A stretch of DNA of 64,000 nt from Myxococcota bacterium (GTDB taxonomy: Bacteria; Myxococcota; UBA4151), in contig JAYZBQ010000059.1 in NCBI GenBank assembly GCA_036338695.1, forward strand, positions 132 through 64,131. The letters run 5' to 3'. This document shows positions 38,063-47,415 of the stretch, in pieces. Position 1 is the stretch's first letter; each line of letters opens with the position of its first letter. The notes beneath the pieces are model-generated. The model was not told the DNA's origin. It searched no databases and saw nothing but the letters and a program-made list of their open reading frames with translations. Both the position numbers and the translations under genes were made by a program.

Positions 38063-39813
38063 GGCTGAGTTTTCGCGGGCGGCTCTTTTACCTGTTCTTG
38101 CTGCTGTTCGTGCTGGTGGGCAGCTTGGCGGGTTTGATCCTCGAGCGGACGTTGAGTCGGCGGATTGAGGCCGCGGTCAGTGATCAACTCTGGAGCCTCA
38201 CCGGCGTTGCGCGCGCAACGCTCAGCCAGACGGGCTCAAGCGATGACCCCCTGGTCGTCGACCCGGTCGTCGATTCGCTCGCCAAAGAAGCCGGCTTTAT
38301 GCTGGCGGTCGTGAGCTCGAGCGGTCGGCTGATCGGAGACAGTCGCCTCATCCTTCCTCAACTTAAAGGCGCCCCGTCTTTTCGTCAGGACGAACAGATC
38401 CTTGAGGCGGTCGAGACCGGGCGGAGTTTTCGACAGCGAACGCTGTGGCCATTTGAAGAGCGCCTCATCGTCTCGGCGCGCTCGTTCGTGGACCGCTCGG
38501 GGCAGGGGGTGGTCCTCGCTGCCTCCACACGTCGGCAGATCGACGCCCTGCAGGGCGATCTGCGCAACCGCTTGGTCGGAATCGGCCTGTTGGCGTTCGT
38601 TCTCTCGGCGCTTTTTGCGGCGCTCGGTTCGCACGTCATCACCGGTCGTTTGCGCACGGTGGTTCGCCGCCTCAAAGCGCACGGTGAAGATCACGAAGAG
38701 GAGCTGCCGGATCTGCATCGCACGCCCGAGGATTTAGAAGGGCTGACCGCCTCCGTGGATCTCCTGCTGGCTCAAGCGAACGAGCTCGTCGATTCGCTCG
38801 CTGGCGAGCGTGACCGCTTTGGGGCGGTGCTCCAGGCCATGGACGCGGGCGTGATCGTGCTGGACGCCAGCGGCGCGATTGAACTCATGAACCGGCGAGC
38901 GCGTAAGATGCTCAAGCTACCCAAGTCGGCGCTGGGTAGCACTCTTGAAGAGCACACCGAGTTTCCTGCGCTCGAAGCGCTTGCGGATGTCAGCGTGAAC
39001 GAGAGCGTCTCCGAGGAGATTGAGCGCGCTGGGCCGCCGCTGCAGACCTTCTTGGTCAGCGCAACGCCGGTTGCGGCCGGTGGTAAGGTGTTGGTGTTGC
39101 GCGACTTGACGCCGGTTCGGCGCGTCGAGCGGATGCGGCGCGATTTCGTCGCCAACGTCTCGCACGAGCTGCGCACGCCCATCGCTATCATCCAAGCGCA
39201 ATCGGAGACCTTGCTCGAGGGCGCGCTCAGCGACGAGGTCATGGCGAAGCAGTTTCTTAGCTCGATGCAGCGCCAGGCTTTGCGTGTGACGACGTTGGTC
39301 AACGATCTGCTCGATTTGGCTCAGATCGAAGCCGGTCAGCGTGAGCTTGAGCGGGAGGACGTCTCCGTGGTCGCAGCGGCGCGCCGAGCGGCTGACGGGC
39401 TCGCTGAAAAGGCACGCCAGCGAGACCTGCGCCTCGAGATCGACCCGAGCGCCGATGAGGTTGCGTTCGTGAACCCCGGCGCGCTGGAGCAGGTGCTGGT
39501 TAATCTGCTGGAGAACGCCATCAAATACACCAACCCGGGGACGGCGATCGTGCTCAAGGGGCGAGCGGAGTCCAAGAGGCGGCTGCGGCTCGAGGTCTGG
39601 GATGAAGGACCGGGGATCCCTGTTGAGCTGCAAGGCCGTGTGTTCGAGCGCTTCTTTCGGGTGGATAAAGGGCGCTCGCGCGATCTGGGCGGCACCGGGC
39701 TGGGCTTGGCGATCGTCAAGCACTTGGTGTCGCAAATGGGCGGCCGCGTTGGGGTCAGCCAGCGAGAACCCAATGGCGCCATCTTTTGGTTTACAGTGCG
39801 CCTCTCAAAGTAA
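38059..39813 (+). CDS. phoR: Phosphate regulon sensor histidine kinase
   Basis: Two TMs, PAS region, ERMRRDFVANVSHELRTP, NLLENAIKY, FERFFRVDKGRSR, GGTGLGLAIVKH. Confidence 0.88.
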   Translation: MRLSFRGRLFYLFLLLFVLVGSLAGLILERTLSRRIEAAVSDQLWSLTGVARATLSQTGSSDDPLVVDPVVDSLAKEAGFMLAVVSSSGRLIGDSRLILPQLKGAPSFRQDEQILEAVETGRSFRQRTLWPFEERLIVSARSFVDRSGQGVVLAASTRRQIDALQGDLRNRLVGIGLLAFVLSALFAALGSHVITGRLRTVVRRLKAHGEDHEEELPDLHRTPEDLEGLTASVDLLLAQANELVDSLAGERDRFGAVLQAMDAGVIVLDASGAIELMNRRARKMLKLPKSALGSTLEEHTEFPALEALADVSVNESVSEEIERAGPPLQTFLVSATPVAAGGKVLVLRDLTPVRRVERMRRDFVANVSHELRTPIAIIQAQSETLLEGALSDEVMAKQFLSSMQRQALRVTTLVNDLLDLAQIEAGQRELEREDVSVVAAARRAADGLAEKARQRDLRLEIDPSADEVAFVNPGALEQVLVNLLENAIKYTNPGTAIVLKGRAESKRRLRLEVWDEGPGIPVELQGRVFERFFRVDKGRSRDLGGTGLGLAIVKHLVSQMGGRVGVSQREPNGAIFWFTVRLSK

Positions 39814-39871
39814 AGCGCCTTCGTCGGTTCAAGCCCTCGCTCATCGAACAGCGGTCAAGCCTGCCCCCGAT

Positions 39872-39924
39872 TTGTCACCCAACCGCCTGACAAAGGTAAC
39901 GTGCGCTCCCTGCGCATGTCACAG
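39872..39924 (+). promoter_or_regulatory. Pho-box-like phased repeats upstream of the glucosyltransferase
   Basis: GTCAC 39874, GTAAC 39896, GTCAC 39918 (22-bp period). GCATGTCACAG is shared with the phoB promoter. Confidence 0.5.
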
Positions 39925-39974
39925 AGCTTCGACAAGACCGATCACGAGCAAAGAAGCTCAATGGGAGATCGCTC

Positions 39975-41138
39975 ATGTCCTGGTGGTTACTCGGCGCGTT
40001 GACGTTTGGTGTGTGGGGCTTGTTCGTGGCTTTTGCTTGGGAGCGGCGCGCGGTAGAGCCGAAAGATCCGGCGCAAGATCAAGTCGGTGTCACGGTGTTT
40101 AAGCCCTTAAAGGGGGCGGTTCCGGGCTTGCGAGAAAATCTCGAAGCCTTCTGCGCTCAGACGCACCCGAACCTGCAGCTGATTTTGGGCGCCGAAGACT
40201 CGAGCGATCCGGCGCTCGATGTGGCTCGTGCGGTTCAGCGGGCGTATCCTGAGCGCAATATTCTGGTGCTCGCAGGGACGCCGCGCAGCGCGCTCAATCC
40301 GAAGGTCAGTAACCTGCTGCACTTTGAGCGCTTTGCGCGTCACCCTTTTGTGCTGATCTCCGACGCCGACGTCCGACCCCATCGAGACTACGTCAGCAAC
40401 ATGCTCAAGGTGATGAAGGACCCAACCGTTGGGCTGGTCCACAGCCCGCTGATCTGCCGCGCCGACGACAGCGACGCGTCCTTGCTTGAGAGCTTGCACT
40501 TCAACACCTGGGTAAACCTTGCGGTGATAGGGTGTGGACGCTTGGTGGATCAACCGATCGTCGTGGGTAAATCGATGCTCCTAAGGCGCACCGCGCTGCA
40601 GCATATTGGCGGTCTGAGCGCCTTTGGGGATGTGCTCGCAGAAGACTATTTGATCGGTCAGACCATGGCGAGCGCGGGGTGGAGGGTACGCGACGCCGGC
40701 GAGGGCGTGACCGTCCACATGGAGGGGCGCCGCATGGCTCAGTTCCGGGAGCGGATCTGCCGTTGGGCGCAGATGCGATTTCGAATCAACCCGTTCGCCT
40801 ATGCGGGCGAGGTGCTGCTCAACCCCTCTATCTGGTGTTTGATGACGCTGATCGCAGGCTTGATCAAGCAAGAGGGGTGGATGCTCATCGGCGCCATCGG
40901 CTTGCTCGTCAAATGGCATATTGAACGCCGCTTGTTCAGCCGCTGGAGCGGCGTCGAGCTCCGCTGGGGCGATGTCCCGCTGTTGCTGGTCAAAGACCTC
41001 GCCGTTGCGATCGCCTGGGCGCGTGGCCCCTTCATCAGGCAGGTCAATTGGTCTGGGAACCGTCGGCGTGTCACCTGGGGCAGTCGGCTCGAAGCTTTTG
41101 ACAAACCGAAACACGTAACGGCTCGAGTCATGCGGTAG
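39975..41138 (+). CDS. Ceramide glucosyltransferase / HpnI-like glycosyltransferase (GT21)
   Basis: N-terminal TM, FKPLKG, NPKVSNL, SDADV, GKSM, LAEDY, RICRW, C-terminal TMs. Confidence 0.85.
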   Translation: MSWWLLGALTFGVWGLFVAFAWERRAVEPKDPAQDQVGVTVFKPLKGAVPGLRENLEAFCAQTHPNLQLILGAEDSSDPALDVARAVQRAYPERNILVLAGTPRSALNPKVSNLLHFERFARHPFVLISDADVRPHRDYVSNMLKVMKDPTVGLVHSPLICRADDSDASLLESLHFNTWVNLAVIGCGRLVDQPIVVGKSMLLRRTALQHIGGLSAFGDVLAEDYLIGQTMASAGWRVRDAGEGVTVHMEGRRMAQFRERICRWAQMRFRINPFAYAGEVLLNPSIWCLMTLIAGLIKQEGWMLIGAIGLLVKWHIERRLFSRWSGVELRWGDVPLLLVKDLAVAIAWARGPFIRQVNWSGNRRRVTWGSRLEAFDKPKHVTARVMR

Positions 41139-41145
41139 CAAGCCG

Positions 41146-41209
41146 GCGTCACCTAAACGTAACACAGACGGCCCTTGCATGTCGCGTGGGCCCCATCAGC
41201 AAGTCACAA
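41146..41209 (+). promoter_or_regulatory. Pho-box-like array upstream of the lipoprotein/TonB operon
   Basis: GTCAC 41148, GTAAC 41159, GTCGC 41181, GTCAC 41203, all in 11-bp register. Confidence 0.55.
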
Positions 41210-41275
41210 AGGCGGTTCAGTAACGAGCCGTCAAAACACGCGGCGTAGGTCGCATGAGTTAAAGGAAATCAGAGA

Positions 41276-42715
41276 ATGAGTTATCGAAACCCAACCCTTG
41301 CCCTTGTAGGTGCCTTCGCGCTTGCCGGTTGCGCCGATGAAGCAAACGAGCCGAATCAAAACGGCAATAACGACGCCGGGCCGACCACCGGTACGCTGCC
41401 CTCCCAGGTGACCTGTGAGGGGGACGTCTGCCGCGTCGCAGCGCCGGCAAACAACCCTATCGTTGAGGACGTCACCTTTACCGCAGACAAGCGCTGGCTG
41501 CTCCAAGGAGGTGTCTTCATCGGCAACGACACCGATGAGACGACTTTGACGATTGAACCGGGGACGACGCTTTATGGTGAGACCGCCTCGAAAGCCTTCT
41601 TGGTCATTCGACGAAACGCAAAGATCGAGGCGAATGGGACGAAAGAGGCGCCTATCGTCATGACGTCCTCCAAAGAGCCGGGACAGCGCGCCCGCGGCGA
41701 CTGGGGCGGCTTGGTGATCAATGGCAAAGCCACGATTAACACCTGCCCCGAAGGGACCAGCGGAGCCTGCACTGCCGAGGGTGAGGGCGGTACCGGTGCC
41801 TACGGCGGCGACGACGACACGGACAACAGCGGTACGCTCCGATACGTGCGTGTTGAGTTCGCAGGAAATCCCATTACCGAAGACAATGAGCTCAACGGGA
41901 TCGCCTTCCAAGGTGTGGGTAGCGGCACGACGCTCGAGTACATTCAAGTTCACATGGCTGATGACGACGGGATCGAGTTCTTCGGTGGTACGGCAAGCTT
42001 TAAGTACGTGATCACCACAGGGATTGCTGACGATAACCTCGACTGGACCGATGGTTGGCGTGGTAAGGGTCAGTTCTACATCGCCCAGCAATACTCGGAT
42101 GATGGCGACCAGGGTATCGAAGCGGACAATAACGGGGACGCCAACGCAGCGACCCCTCGCTCAAACCCGATGCTCTCCAACCTGACCTTGGTCGGTTCAC
42201 CGGATTCGAGTGATTCGGACATCGGTATTCTTCTTCGAGAGGGCACGGGCGCAAAGATCCACAGCGCGGTGGTCGTCGGGTTCAACGATGCCTGTTTGGA
42301 CATCGACCACCCGGAGACCTGGAATAATGGCGAGCCGGTGCTGGCACACAGTGTGGTCAACTGCGAGAAAGCCTATAAATACGAGAAGTGGGACTGTGAC
42401 GAGGATGAAGCCGCTGAGTGTGCCGAAGCTGGCGTCGTTGAGGGCGACCCGCGCGAGCCGTGGCAGGTAGAAGCCTGGTTTACCGGTGCAGCGGGCAACG
42501 TGAAGGTGGACTGGCCTGAGACCGGGGACCGGAACCTTGTCCTGACCGATGCCTACAATGAGACGACTCCGAACTTTGCTCCGAAAGCTGATGGCGAAGC
42601 TTCAAGCGGCGGTTCCGTTCCGAATGATTCCTTCTTCACGGACGTGACGTTCCGAGGTGCTGTGGATCCAGCGAACGACTGGACGACAGGCTGGACGACC
42701 GCTGCGAAGAACTAA
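41276..42715 (+). CDS. Acidic beta-helix surface lipoprotein (TonB-receptor-associated type)
   Basis: LAGC lipobox, TLTIEPGT, GDWGGLVING, DNSGTLRYVRVEFAG, DDGIEFFGG, DDNLDWTDG, GIEADN, C-terminal WTTGWT. Confidence 0.85.
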   Translation: MSYRNPTLALVGAFALAGCADEANEPNQNGNNDAGPTTGTLPSQVTCEGDVCRVAAPANNPIVEDVTFTADKRWLLQGGVFIGNDTDETTLTIEPGTTLYGETASKAFLVIRRNAKIEANGTKEAPIVMTSSKEPGQRARGDWGGLVINGKATINTCPEGTSGACTAEGEGGTGAYGGDDDTDNSGTLRYVRVEFAGNPITEDNELNGIAFQGVGSGTTLEYIQVHMADDDGIEFFGGTASFKYVITTGIADDNLDWTDGWRGKGQFYIAQQYSDDGDQGIEADNNGDANAATPRSNPMLSNLTLVGSPDSSDSDIGILLREGTGAKIHSAVVVGFNDACLDIDHPETWNNGEPVLAHSVVNCEKAYKYEKWDCDEDEAAECAEAGVVEGDPREPWQVEAWFTGAAGNVKVDWPETGDRNLVLTDAYNETTPNFAPKADGEASSGGSVPNDSFFTDVTFRGAVDPANDWTTGWTTAAKN

Positions 42716-42740
42716 GTTCAAGCGAATTTGATCGACCAGG

Positions 42741-42772
42741 TGCTGGAGGACCCTCGGGTCCTCCAGCATTTT
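42741..42772 (+). terminator. Intra-operon hairpin/terminator after the lipoprotein gene
   Basis: Perfect inverted repeat TGCTGGAGGACC-CTCG-GGTCCTCCAGCA followed by TTTT. Confidence 0.8.
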
Positions 42773-42801
42773 GTCAACTTTGTTACAGGGAGGAAAACGT
42801 T

Positions 42802-43530
42802 GTGTTGACAGTGTTTTCAATATTATTCGCCACACAGAACGCTCAAGTCACTCCGCTCGTTGATGCGCTGGTTCGTCTGCGCTCTGAGGTCGATTCGCTC
42901 GCCGTCGCCGTGGAAGACCAGCGCGCCGCCCAGCGGGCTGAACTTCGAACGCTTCGTGCTCAAGAGACGGATCTGACGCTCGAACTGCAGCGCGAGACGA
43001 CTCGCCTCAGTCAGGCGAAGGCGCTTATGGAGAAGCGAAAAGCCGCCATCGCGTTGGCGGCGTCGGGAAGTGAGCGCTTGCTACCCGGCTTAGAGCAAGC
43101 GCTGATTCAGTTGAAACGAGACGTTCTGGCCGATCTACCGTTCCGACAAGAGGGGCGCGTGCAAGCCATTGAGGAGCTGCTCAGACAACTCAAAGAAGGG
43201 CTGCTGACACCGGCAAAGGGCGTTGTGCGTTACTATGCGTTGATCGAAGACGAGCTGCGCATCGGGCGCGAGAGTTCGCTGCAGCGTCAAGCCGTGCTTG
43301 TGGATGGTAAGCGCTACCTAGCCGATGTCCTCCATCTAGGACGTATGCACATGTACTTTCGGCTGCCGAACGGTGACCTTGGTTGGGCGAACCAGAGCGC
43401 CGCGGGGTTCGAGTTCCGTCGGACTAGCGATCCAGACGATGCGCAGCGTATTGGTCAGTTGTTTGAGCTCTTTGAGCGTCGAGTGCGAACCGGTTGGTTC
43501 GACCTCCCGGTGGAAGGGAACCGACGATGA
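42802..43530 (+). CDS. DUF3450 family periplasmic coiled-coil protein (TtpB-like)
   Basis: Coiled coil, LPFRQEGR, VLHLGRMHMYF. First gene of the Ton motor cluster. Confidence 0.75.
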   Translation: MLTVFSILFATQNAQVTPLVDALVRLRSEVDSLAVAVEDQRAAQRAELRTLRAQETDLTLELQRETTRLSQAKALMEKRKAAIALAASGSERLLPGLEQALIQLKRDVLADLPFRQEGRVQAIEELLRQLKEGLLTPAKGVVRYYALIEDELRIGRESSLQRQAVLVDGKRYLADVLHLGRMHMYFRLPNGDLGWANQSAAGFEFRRTSDPDDAQRIGQLFELFERRVRTGWFDLPVEGNRR

Positions 43531-44909
43531 TCGTTTTGATGATGATGCTCGGCGCACAACCGACTGTTGCAACGGCGGCCGAAAAGGTCGACCTGACATT
43601 GATCTACAAGCGTGAATACACCCTCCTAAAGGCTCAGAAAGAAGCGCTCAAAAAGAGGCTCGCTGGCTTAAGGGGCGGACAGGACTCGGAGCTTGAGAAA
43701 CGCAGGCAGCGTATCGCCTCGTTGCGGGCGAAGTTGGTCGCCGCTCAGCTCGAAGCCGATGGACTCGAGGACTTGATGACCGGCTTTGACCAAAAGGTCG
43801 AGCGAGCCGAAGAGGGGCGTGAGTCCGTTCGCGACACTTTTGCGCGTGCAGCGGCTTTGCTCGAGGTCAAGACCTTAGAGCTCAAAGCGGACCAAGAAGC
43901 GAGTAGGGAACAACTGCTCGCCATGGCGACCGCAGCGACGAATGCGCTCAAAGCGGGGCGCACGGTTCGTCAGGAGCGAGCCACCTACTTTAATCGAGAG
44001 GGTAAAGAGGTTGCAGGGGATGTGTTGCTCTATGGTGCGCTCGCTCGGTTTGCGGTGGATGGCGCCGGAGCCGGAGCTTTGTCGCCTGCAGGAGCGGGGC
44101 GCTGGAAGATTTGGCCGGTGGACGCCAAGGAGTCGATCGCTGCGATTAAACAGAAGGCGACGCCCCCAGGTTTATTGCTCTACGAGCACCCGGATAAAGC
44201 CATGGACCCGTCACCATCGAAGACGGTTATGGGCGAAATGAAGAAGGGGGGCGTCATCGGTTGGGTGATCGTCAGCTTAGGCGTGCTCGGGCTCTTGATG
44301 ATCCTAGTTCGCGTCGGGATTGTCTGGCTTGGAAGATCCCGTGAGGAGGTCGTCCGGCGCGCCATAGCAGAGGCTGAATTGGGACGGGTGGCGCAAGCCC
44401 AAACGATCCTCGGTGAGGGACACGGCGTCGCAGAGCAGGTTTTAGCTGAGGTCATGAGTCGGCTTGACGGCGGTGCCGAGGTGATGCGTCAAGTCGTCGA
44501 GGACAATGTCGCTCGGCAGGAGGCGCGCTTGGCGCGTTTCGGCTCGATGATTCAAGTTTGTGCGGCGGTAGCTCCGCTTCTTGGCTTGCTTGGGACCGTC
44601 ACGGGGATGATCGCGACCTTCGACGTCATTACGGAATTTGGTACCGGAGATCCCAAGTTGCTTTCGGGTGGAATCTCGGAGGCATTGGTGACCACTCAGC
44701 TTGGACTGATCGTCGCCATCCCCTGCCTGCTCCTCGGTCAAATGATGAACGCGTGGGCGGAGCGGACCGTTAGCGAAGCCGAGGAGTTGGGTTATCAGCT
44801 CAGCATGTTGCTCGAGGACGTTGTCGTCCCGTTAACGACAAAGGAGACCGTATCATGCGAGATCTCATCGAACGATGTCTCGATGCCCTCGCCGGCACCG
44901 GCTTTGTAG
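43527..44909 (+). CDS. Long ExbB/TolQ-family protein with periplasmic N-terminus (TtpC-like)
   Basis: ATGA overlap start, GGVIGWVI, APLLGLLGTVTGMIATF, GDPKLLSGGISEALVTTQLGL. Confidence 0.88.
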   Translation: MIVLMMMLGAQPTVATAAEKVDLTLIYKREYTLLKAQKEALKKRLAGLRGGQDSELEKRRQRIASLRAKLVAAQLEADGLEDLMTGFDQKVERAEEGRESVRDTFARAAALLEVKTLELKADQEASREQLLAMATAATNALKAGRTVRQERATYFNREGKEVAGDVLLYGALARFAVDGAGAGALSPAGAGRWKIWPVDAKESIAAIKQKATPPGLLLYEHPDKAMDPSPSKTVMGEMKKGGVIGWVIVSLGVLGLLMILVRVGIVWLGRSREEVVRRAIAEAELGRVAQAQTILGEGHGVAEQVLAEVMSRLDGGAEVMRQVVEDNVARQEARLARFGSMIQVCAAVAPLLGLLGTVTGMIATFDVITEFGTGDPKLLSGGISEALVTTQLGLIVAIPCLLLGQMMNAWAERTVSEAEELGYQLSMLLEDVVVPLTTKETVSCEISSNDVSMPSPAPAL

Positions 44910-45280
44910 GGTTACCGCTGATATTCTGTGCTGCGCTGCTTGGCTATGCGCTGTGCTGGCGGCTCATGCTGGTCATGAGTGGGCGTGTGGGGGGAAGCTC
45001 AGAGGCGCTCCACAGCGTCTGTGCGGCTGCTGCAGCCGTGGCGCCTCTGCTTGGCTTGCTTGGCACGGTCACCGGTATGATCGAGACATTCGACAGCCTT
45101 GGTGAGATGGCGATGCATACGCAAGGCGGCGGTATTGCGGGCGGTATTTCGGAGGCACTCCTCTCGACTCAGCTCGGCCTCTGTGTGGCGATTCCCGGGC
45201 TCACACTCGATCGTCTGCTTTTGCGAGTTGAGGCTCGATTTATGCGTGAAAATGAAGGGTTAAGTCATGGCACGACGTAA
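44855..45280 (+). CDS. exbB: Short ExbB/TolQ proton channel
   Basis: APLLGLLGTVTGMIETF, AGGISEALLSTQLGL. Confidence 0.85.
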   Translation: MRDLIERCLDALAGTGFVGLPLIFCAALLGYALCWRLMLVMSGRVGGSSEALHSVCAAAAAVAPLLGLLGTVTGMIETFDSLGEMAMHTQGGGIAGGISEALLSTQLGLCVAIPGLTLDRLLLRVEARFMRENEGLSHGTT

Positions 45281-45668
45281 GAAGCGCGGCGGCGCTGATG
45301 TGGATATGTCGCCGCTGATCGATATGGTCTTCATTCTTCTCATCTTCTTTATGGTCAGCACGACCTTTGTCAAAGATATGAAGGTCGAACTTGATCGCCC
45401 ATCAGCCTCTAGCGCTCGAAGAGCTTCAACCAAGTCGATTCGGATTCAGATCGCCAAGGGGGGGAGGATCCACTTGGACGGTGTCCCCGTGAAGGCTTGG
45501 ATGCTTCAGAGTCGTCTCAAAGAACGGTTAGAGGGTGCGACCGACAAGAGCGTTTTGGTGATCACGGATCGACGCATCGCAGCTGAGAAGCTTGTGGAGG
45601 TTGTGGATCAATGTCGGCTGGCAGGCGCCGCTGATGTTGGCGTCGCAACTGATCTCGAGGCCGGCTAA
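45267..45668 (+). CDS. exbD: Biopolymer transport protein ExbD
   Basis: DMSPLIDMVFILLIFFMVSTTF, VVDQCRLAGA. Confidence 0.92.
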   Translation: MARRKKRGGADVDMSPLIDMVFILLIFFMVSTTFVKDMKVELDRPSASSARRASTKSIRIQIAKGGRIHLDGVPVKAWMLQSRLKERLEGATDKSVLVITDRRIAAEKLVEVVDQCRLAGAADVGVATDLEAG

Positions 45669-46291
45669 TGAGGATCGCTCGACACATGGTGGCGCTGGTT
45701 GTTGGCTTGGTAACGGGCTTGGGCGCGCTGGTTATGCTGGCGGTCCTGGACCAGCCGATACCCGTTAAGCATAAAGCAAAAACGAACAGCGCTGTCGCGA
45801 TGCAGGTCAAGCGAACGAAGCCAAAGAAGCGCAAGCCGAAGCCGAAGCGACGTAAGCCCAAAAATAAGCCGAAGCGGTCCCTGAAAGCCCCGCCGCCCAT
45901 GGCGAGCGACTTATCCGACGTGGCGCTTTCCGGCGGAATGGATTGGGGGCTTGAGAGCAGCGGTGAGGATTGGCTCAATCAGCGCTCCACCAAAGATTTG
46001 GTGATGTCAGAGGGGAGCGTCGACGCGCCGCCACGGCCGTCGGAGCGCGTGCCTCCGGAGTATCCAGAAGAAGCCCATGCGCTCGGTACGGAGGGGAAAG
46101 TGACCCTGAGTTTGCTGATCTCAAAATCTGGGTCCGTTGAGCGCATTCGCGTGGTCAATGCAGCTCCCAAGGGAATCTTCGAGGATGCCGCAAAGGCTGC
46201 CGTGCGCCAGTGGCGATTCGAACCGGGTCGTTATCAAGGTGACCCCGTGCGTGTGTGGGCACGCCAGGTAATCCACTTTAAGGTGATGTGA
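45668..46291 (+). CDS. tonB: Energy transducer TonB
   Basis: N-terminal TM, K/P-rich linker, PEYPEEA...EGKV...FEDAAKAAVRQWRFEP. Confidence 0.9.
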   Translation: MRIARHMVALVVGLVTGLGALVMLAVLDQPIPVKHKAKTNSAVAMQVKRTKPKKRKPKPKRRKPKNKPKRSLKAPPPMASDLSDVALSGGMDWGLESSGEDWLNQRSTKDLVMSEGSVDAPPRPSERVPPEYPEEAHALGTEGKVTLSLLISKSGSVERIRVVNAAPKGIFEDAAKAAVRQWRFEPGRYQGDPVRVWARQVIHFKVM

Positions 46292-47415
46292 TGATGACGC
46301 TGATGTTCTCGTTGCTGGTGCTCGCCGGCCCAGCGGCTGATGGTGATGAGATCGATCACCTCGCCCTCGCTGCGCTGCTCATGCGCGATGGACACGCCGA
46401 GCGGGCGCAGATCGAGCTAGCCAAGGTGAACCCTAAGGGCGAGGAGGTTGATCGTTTCCAGCTTTGGTTGCTCAAAGGGATTGCTTCGCTTCGGCTCAAG
46501 CAGCCCCAGTCAGCGTTGGTCTTTCTGAGCCGCGCGCTCGAGGTCAAAGAGGACCCTCAGGTGCATCTGCTGAGGGCACAAGCGGGCGCACAACTCAAGC
46601 GTTGGGACGTGGTCGTCGAGGCGTTGGATGGTGCCGGTTCCCTCAGTTTCCGAGATCCTAAGTTGCTCATCATGAGGGGAACTGCGCTGCTAAAGCTCAA
46701 GCGTTTTGGAGAGGCTTACGCCCTCACGGAGCGGCAGCTTCAGCACCATCCGGCAGCGATCGGGTTGGTGACCATCCAAGTGCAGGCTCTTATTGGGCTT
46801 CAACTGTACAACTCGGCTGCTGAGCGAGCTCTTTCGATGGTCACTCGAGCAGAGTTAACGCCTCGTGACGGGCTGCGCTTGGTTGATTCCTTGCGTCGAG
46901 CGAAGCGGCTCGATCAAGCCCTGCGTTGCGTCGAGGCATTGACCATGAGGTTTCCAGACGACCGAGAGGTGGCGCTCTTGCACGCTCGGCTGCTGCTCAA
47001 GGCGAAAAGGGTACAAGCTGCTGCGAATCGACTCGAGCGAGCTGCTTGGGTCGACCCCTCGCTCGCCTCTGACGCCGCCGAGCTTTTCCGGCGCGCAGGT
47101 AATTGGACTCGAGCTCGGGCTTGGAATGCACGGATCCAGGACCCAGCGACGAAGCTGAATCAGCGTCTTGGGCTGCTTGTTTCGGCTGAGCGGTTTGATG
47201 AGGTCATGGCACTGCGTCACCGTTTGCAGCGACTCGGTCTCGGTAACGATGACAAGGTGCGCTATGCGCTTGCCTTTTCAGCGTTTCGAACAGGCGCCTT
47301 TGATCAAGTAGACTCCCTCCTTGAGGGGATCATGTCGGAGTCGGTCTTTGAGCAGGCTATTGAGCTGCGTCGAGCGGCGAGTCGGTGTCAGGTTGACCCG
47401 GCGGGTTGTCTCTAA
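46288..47415 (+). CDS. Periplasmic TPR protein (TtpD-like)
   Basis: Signal peptide and helical TPR-like repeats, directly after tonB. Confidence 0.75.
   Translation: MMMTLMFSLLVLAGPAADGDEIDHLALAALLMRDGHAERAQIELAKVNPKGEEVDRFQLWLLKGIASLRLKQPQSALVFLSRALEVKEDPQVHLLRAQAGAQLKRWDVVVEALDGAGSLSFRDPKLLIMRGTALLKLKRFGEAYALTERQLQHHPAAIGLVTIQVQALIGLQLYNSAAERALSMVTRAELTPRDGLRLVDSLRRAKRLDQALRCVEALTMRFPDDREVALLHARLLLKAKRVQAAANRLERAAWVDPSLASDAAELFRRAGNWTRARAWNARIQDPATKLNQRLGLLVSAERFDEVMALRHRLQRLGLGNDDKVRYALAFSAFRTGAFDQVDSLLEGIMSESVFEQAIELRRAASRCQVDPAGCL

Noticed and set aside
42771-42790. GTCAA/GTTAC pair as a Pho box before DUF3450
   Set aside because: Spacing is 9 bp, not 11.
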